Origin: Hydrurus foetidus
Lineage: Eukaryota
DNA length: 62,256 bases
Reading direction: 5' to 3'
Assembly: GCA_900617105.1 (NCBI GenBank)
Contig: UYFQ01000028.1
Span: 1-62,256 of the forward strand
In this document: one piece after another, positions 58,501 through 62,256 of the stretch
How positions within the stretch are numbered: the first letter of the stretch is position 1
Layout: every line of letters starts with the position of its first letter
Translations under genes and position numbers: made by a program
Notes under the pieces: generated by a model
The model's database searches: none
What the model saw: only the letters and a program-made list of their open reading frames with translations
What the model was told of the DNA's origin: nothing

Positions 58501-61012
58501 CGTCGGTATGTGAATCTGTACCGATGTCGGACTCTGCCCTTAAGGGAAGTAGACCGATGTCATCTGGGCTGGGTGACGTTTCGATTAACGTAGGGTCAAA
58601 GCCCATACGTTTCGGCGTCAGCACAAACAAGTTGTGTTGATTTAGGGACTTGCGTCCGATGATCAGATCCAATTGTGCAAAAGGATTAACACTAAAAGTG
58701 ATATAGATAGTGTGCTTAATATTACTATCATCGAGAAAAGTAAGGCCTAAATCGACTAAGGTATTACACCTATAACAAGTGCCATCAAGACCGCTACAAA
58801 CGTTAAGTGCGGTTGAAGACACATAACAATGAGCAAGTGCATCAAGTGAGACAAGCAGTGATTTGGAAACAAAATCGCCGGCCATGCTACCCGTGTCTAG
58901 GAGCGCGTGCGCTGTAAGACTAAGTCCCGTGGACTGGGGTGCTGACGCGGCTGTGGTGGGGGCGTGTCCCTGCAAGGTTCTTCGTTCATCCTTGAACACC
59001 AATAATGAAAGAAGTTCATTAGGATTTGTTGAGTGTACCGCTGCTACAAGTGAGTCAGACGGTAACGTACCTATGAGCGGTATTTCCGACATGTCGGTCT
59101 GGTTATGGCATGCCGCCAGCACCTCCGAGATTAGAGGCAGGGAGGTATGGAGTGGCTGTAACACGTGAAGACATGTGGGAAGAACATTGTTAGTGTTATC
59201 CGATATAGTATTGGAGGGGGTTGAGACCTCCAATGTATTAGTTACGAGTATATCAGAGTTGAGTATACATAAAGGTGGTGGTGTATCGGTAGGGTTACAT
59301 GTGCTAGCAGCATGTATCGCCACTACCAATGACTCCACCACCGTAACATGAGGTAACGTACCATCATATGCGGCTGCGGGCGGTAGACCACTGTGGGTTG
59401 CGTTGATGGAGGTGTTGTTGGCCAACGTGGTGTTTTGTCCACCAGAACCGTATCGCGGTTTGTTGGTGGGACCTCGATTATAGTTCCCCCCATGATTGGG
59501 GTTCCCTTGGTATTTTTTCTTCTGACCACCCCCTGGAGGCTGAGTTTTATTCAGTACCTCATCAGTGAAATTTGTTTCACGACGGGGTATGTGGATTTTG
59601 AAGCGGCCCAGACCAGGGATGCGATCATTGATAGGGTAGGTCGCATGACCGTATTGTGCCCACGTGCGACCCATGTTGGAGTGGTCCCACGGAACATTGT
59701 GGTTGGTGTTTGAATCCACCATCCACATGTGTGGGCAGTTTTTCAGCAGATGGTCGCTGTGTCCACACGAGTTACACTGTCGGAGTGGTGTTGTTGGTAG
59801 TGCCAGCGGTGGTAAAGCTGGGAGTGCCGCACCAACCAACAGGGTTTTGGGGTTCGTCGTGAGAGACAACCCGTATGGATTTTGGGTAGCGGGGTGACAA
59901 TAAATGTCGTTGGGGTCCCCAAAAGCCGCTACGTGTAGCTGAAGTTGGCGTACCGCATTGACTTGGGAGAAGAAGCGACGCATCGCAAATTCCCAATCGT
60001 CCACGTCATGCGGGTTGACGCGTTTATGCTCTTTGTATTTAGCGGTGATGGCACCGTTAAGAGGCATCTTTTTCTCGAAGATGAGAGTGAGTGCAGCATG
60101 GTCGGAGGTGCTGAGTGGGCCATGTACTTGTACATGGTTCTCCACCACCTCACGAAACTGAGTCATGCAGCGCATCTCAATCTCCCTTTTGTTGTAACAA
60201 AAGGCGAGATGGACTTCCGAGAAATGCTCAGCTAGTGATTGCCCTAGCTGTGTGTCCGCGCGAAAGTAGCGCAGGACTAATTGCGCTACTTGAGGGACCG
60301 TCAGTGTTTGGAGCCACACTTTACGTGTCTCTTCCGCATATGGATAATCTTGATCCGTATGGATCTGATCATCGATACACCTGACTGCTTTAGTCGAGAT
60401 GACTTGACCAACATCATAGTTGTTGGTCCATCTCTGGGAGTGTTCGAAAAACTCCCGTGCGGCCTCTTGTCCAATAATGCCTGACGCATTTACGTTGAGA
60501 ACGTAAAGTACCGTTTGCAAGGCAATAGCGGAGATGGGTCGGGAACCATCGTCCACAGCACGGCCACCCACTACAAGCGCTGTAGGTGCCGCATTGGGTG
60601 TGGCAAACTGTACCGCGGGTATGTTGATCGGTGACGTACGATCGTGTATGTACCGTGGTATCGGTGGTCGTACCGGGTGCGCTGCATTGGGGTCGGGACC
60701 GCCCCCTGCAGCTTGTGCACGGAATGCTGCTGTTTGCTGCTCGTAATCGATTATGCGATCCGTTGCAGGCAGTACCACGATGTCTGGAGGATCCAAGGGG
60801 AGTGGGTTAGGAACCCGAATTTCCCGTGGGATCTCCTGGATGACTCGTTGGGGTTGTGGGTTGTAATCCGTGTCACCGGTGAACGTACGTACGTATGTAG
60901 GCCGTTCCGGTGACCCTGGTGGGGAAGCTTGTCGCTTGCGTGATGTGGGACCCTCTTGTGGAGGTGACGCGCGTTTGCGAGGAACGTCCGCTGTGCGGGT
61001 TATTGTCTCCAC
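55448..61012 (-). CDS. pol: Gag-Pol polyprotein of element C (gag, zinc knuckle, PR, RT, RNase H, integrase in one frame)
   Basis: 1854-aa ORF: CNSCGHSDHLLKNC, LLDTGS, MYLDD, YTDASDYG, HHCC, SDRGSHF, WRGPF. Confidence 0.97.
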   Translation of the reverse strand: METITRTADVPRKRASPPQEGPTSRKRQASPPGSPERPTYVRTFTGDTDYNPQPQRVIQEIPREIRVPNPLPLDPPDIVVLPATDRIIDYEQQTAAFRAQAAGGGPDPNAAHPVRPPIPRYIHDRTSPINIPAVQFATPNAAPTALVVGGRAVDDGSRPISAIALQTVLYVLNVNASGIIGQEAAREFFEHSQRWTNNYDVGQVISTKAVRCIDDQIHTDQDYPYAEETRKVWLQTLTVPQVAQLVLRYFRADTQLGQSLAEHFSEVHLAFCYNKREIEMRCMTQFREVVENHVQVHGPLSTSDHAALTLIFEKKMPLNGAITAKYKEHKRVNPHDVDDWEFAMRRFFSQVNAVRQLQLHVAAFGDPNDIYCHPATQNPYGLSLTTNPKTLLVGAALPALPPLALPTTPLRQCNSCGHSDHLLKNCPHMWMVDSNTNHNVPWDHSNMGRTWAQYGHATYPINDRIPGLGRFKIHIPRRETNFTDEVLNKTQPPGGGQKKKYQGNPNHGGNYNRGPTNKPRYGSGGQNTTLANNTSINATHSGLPPAAAYDGTLPHVTVVESLVVAIHAASTCNPTDTPPPLCILNSDILVTNTLEVSTPSNTISDNTNNVLPTCLHVLQPLHTSLPLISEVLAACHNQTDMSEIPLIGTLPSDSLVAAVHSTNPNELLSLLVFKDERRTLQGHAPTTAASAPQSTGLSLTAHALLDTGSMAGDFVSKSLLVSLDALAHCYVSSTALNVCSGLDGTCYRCNTLVDLGLTFLDDSNIKHTIYITFSVNPFAQLDLIIGRKSLNQHNLFVLTPKRMGFDPTLIETSPSPDDIGLLPLRAESDIGTDSHTDVCCHHSDAVGSRSPCTQCRLITDTADNGDEGHSSTHRIPTVGEEWGPSALWTGSGLNRPPSETGTRVNTVTLNAASVLPCGINLNGDEIDDDKTDAFGPFLSALMKDPTPTGRANDVISTITFGGSEALQTACRALCTEFIDIFQDEVAREPARIPPFDIDHKAAQWEVPGNRTPLRPQSSQKEEAIHNNLQDLIRIGVVEKSNAVYYSHPVVVQKSPGQYRVCIDFRPLNNCTESASWPLPNIPAMFERIGARQPDIFGVMDLTSGYHQAPLTASAKILTAFICFSGIYQFTRLPFGLKRAPSYFQEMMATVVLAGLLYVTCEMYLDDCIVFGNGPDEFLQRLRDVFIRFREKNLFLKAKKCKFGVTRLEYVGRVISKEGLSMSAEKIKSVLDFPRPKTVTALRGFLGLANYFRGFVPNHSNIVAPLHKMTVSTTHKHSRVTWNAETIKAFQDIRQAISQCPLMHFIDNVSPIHLYTDASDYGVGGVLFQKVGDEMKPISFVSKSLTFSQLNWSTIQKEAYAIYLCCTKLDPLLRDRKFTIHTDHKNLTYMKSSPNSMVGRWSMALQELDYTIAYVRGSENTVADAMSRLCANLSDLVIKVHPATTGTEPDNLPGPFCGALKVIPEMTDTQRDALNMCHNKFVGHGGVKRTVEKLLGLPIEWEHMVQHTHLFIQQCACCQKMNATRVPIRVHKYVTSAYKPFHVLNIDFIGPFPDASHVLVIICAFTRWTELFWCADNTAKSATDCLLQHFGRYGAPQMIRSDRGSHFANELIKQFLVSTGTPHNLTLAYSKQENAIVERVNKEINRYLRSFLYDTNDVYQYKNCLPFIQRILNSSIHSSTNASPASLLFGNQINLDSGILSPFPPLPEVETSASKVVCEMYNIQDTLIAQAQTALRTMDAAHVATSPQDITVFPVGSYVLARYTTQPPTRLHTLWRGPFQVVSIHNSDYTLLDITTKKHKHLHISNLKQFVFNPKHTDPADVARRDYMEFFIESIIAKHKKLQTQNTNVVFSQMD

Positions 61013-62256
61013 ATTTTCGGGGATGCGCGTATCGCGACTCTCGAGTAGTCGAGAGTTGTCGGTAACGCGTACGGTTGCCCGTGGAGTCGCACGTTCGTCC
61101 TCGTACTGGTTGTCGTTGTACTGACGACCGTCAGTATTACGGTTGCCCCGGTTGGAGGTATCCTGTTGGCGACGATTGTCTCCTTGAGGATAATCCCTTG
61201 GGGGACTGTCATCGTAACCCTGTGGGGGTTCTCGACGACTTCTCCTATTGGGGTTGTTGTCTCCCTGACGGAAACTGTCGTTGTTGTAGTCGCGAGAATT
61301 ATCGAAACCGCGAGTGTTTGTCGAATAATTCCCCTGTTTGGGTTGTCATTACGACGAGAATCCTCGTAATTACGATTATCCCTTTGGGGGCTATCGTTGT
61401 GACGTTGGAAAGTGTCTCTGCGATTATCCCCGTTAGGGTTGTCGTCTTGTTGGCGATGGTCGTGATCGCGACGCCCGTCATTCTGACGTGGGTTGTCGTC
61501 GTTGCGACGATTGTCGCTGTTGCGTCGATCGTCGTATTGACGTCTGTTGTCGTCGTTGAATTGGGTGTCGTAGCCGCGACGACCATCGTTGTCGTAGTCG
61601 TGATTGTCTTCATTCTGACGGTAATTGTCGTTATAACGACGATTATCGCTCTGACGTTGATTGTCATTGCGGCGATCATCGTTATATTGACGTCCCTCGT
61701 TATCGTAACGAACGTCGTTACGGTGCTCCGTCCCGTATGAAGGGCCCGTATTACGATTGTCCCTGGGAGGGTTGGAGTCATCGTAGGTACGACGATTGTC
61801 GTTGTGACTTTGATTGTCATCATTAAAACGTCGATAATCGTTGTTGTTCCGATTATCGTCATTGTATTGGCGTTGGTTAGAATCGTGGCGTTGACGGTTA
61901 TCGTAACGATTAACGTCACCACCGTCTTCGCTACCACTTTGTTGGTTCTGAGTGGGCGAGTAGTCGCCCGTTGCATCTCCGTCGACGGGGTTATTCCGAC
62001 GAGTTGAGTTGTCGTAACTGTCGAGGCCCTGACGACGGAGGTATCGTTGCGGGGGTGAATCTATACGGCGGCGGGGGTTAGTATCGCCGTCGTCATCATC
62101 CCGGTCAGGGTTGCCGTTATGGCGTGTCTGATGACGATTTGCGTCTGACGAACGCAACGTGACATTGTCATGTTGTCGCGTTGTCTGAATGTCGTCGTCG
62201 TCGTCGTCGTTATGACGATTAGGCGGCGCCTGATTGGAACTGTTGGTAGGTCCCAG
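61000..62256 (-). CDS. D/N/R-rich low-complexity N-terminal extension of element C Gag (frameshifted; open to the window edge)
   Basis: Repeats such as YNDDNRR, NDNQRQ and YDDRR upstream of and co-oriented with gag. Confidence 0.6.
   Translation of the reverse strand: MGPTNSSNQAPPNRHNDDDDDDIQTTRQHDNVTLRSSDANRHQTRHNGNPDRDDDDGDTNPRRRIDSPPQRYLRRQGLDSYDNSTRRNNPVDGDATGDYSPTQNQQSGSEDGGDVNRYDNRQRHDSNQRQYNDDNRNNNDYRRFNDDNQSHNDNRRTYDDSNPPRDNRNTGPSYGTEHRNDVRYDNEGRQYNDDRRNDNQRQSDNRRYNDNYRQNEDNHDYDNDGRRGYDTQFNDDNRRQYDDRRNSDNRRNDDNPRQNDGRRDHDHRQQDDNPNGDNRRDTFQRHNDSPQRDNRNYEDSRRNDNPNRGIIRQTLAVSIILATTTTTVSVRETTTPIGEVVENPHRVTMTVPQGIILKETIVANRIPPTGATVILTVVSTTTTSTRTNVRLHGQPYALPTTLDYSRVAIRASPKMWRQ

Larger units (their letters stand above)
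54745..62256 (-). mobile_element. Ty3/Gypsy chromovirus C, divergent relative of A and B; 5' end outside the window
   Basis: Long gag-pol ORF, chromodomain, PPT and putative 3' LTR. Confidence 0.95.

Overview
Eukaryotic, transposon-dense window. It has GT-AG introns and no prokaryotic features. The TE lineages and surface-protein style suggest a protist, possibly a stramenopile (inference). Left arm: a truncated Ty3/Gypsy element (A, +), a full-length LTR-bounded Gypsy chromovirus (B, -), a Copia 5' fragment (-) and a tyrosine-recombinase (YR, DIRS-order) retrotransposon (-). Centre (20822-47957): three tandem copies of a ~10.5 kb segment. Each copy carries a Nudix (NUDT16-like) pseudogene joined to a 5'-truncated tRNA-splicing endonuclease SEN2 gene, followed by a secreted Cys-rich, PT-repeat surface-protein gene that differs between copies. 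Right arm: a second, decayed YR retrotransposon (+) and a divergent chromovirus (C, -) that runs off the window. Most notable: a ~115 nt structured RNA starts immediately after the pol stop codon in both divergent chromoviruses B and C. It has identical core motifs, fully co-varied helices, a U-rich internal loop and a neighbouring A5 hairpin loop, making it an ENE-like or triple-helix candidate. Many single-base frameshifts and one chimeric stretch point to long-read consensus errors. All alignments were done by eye.
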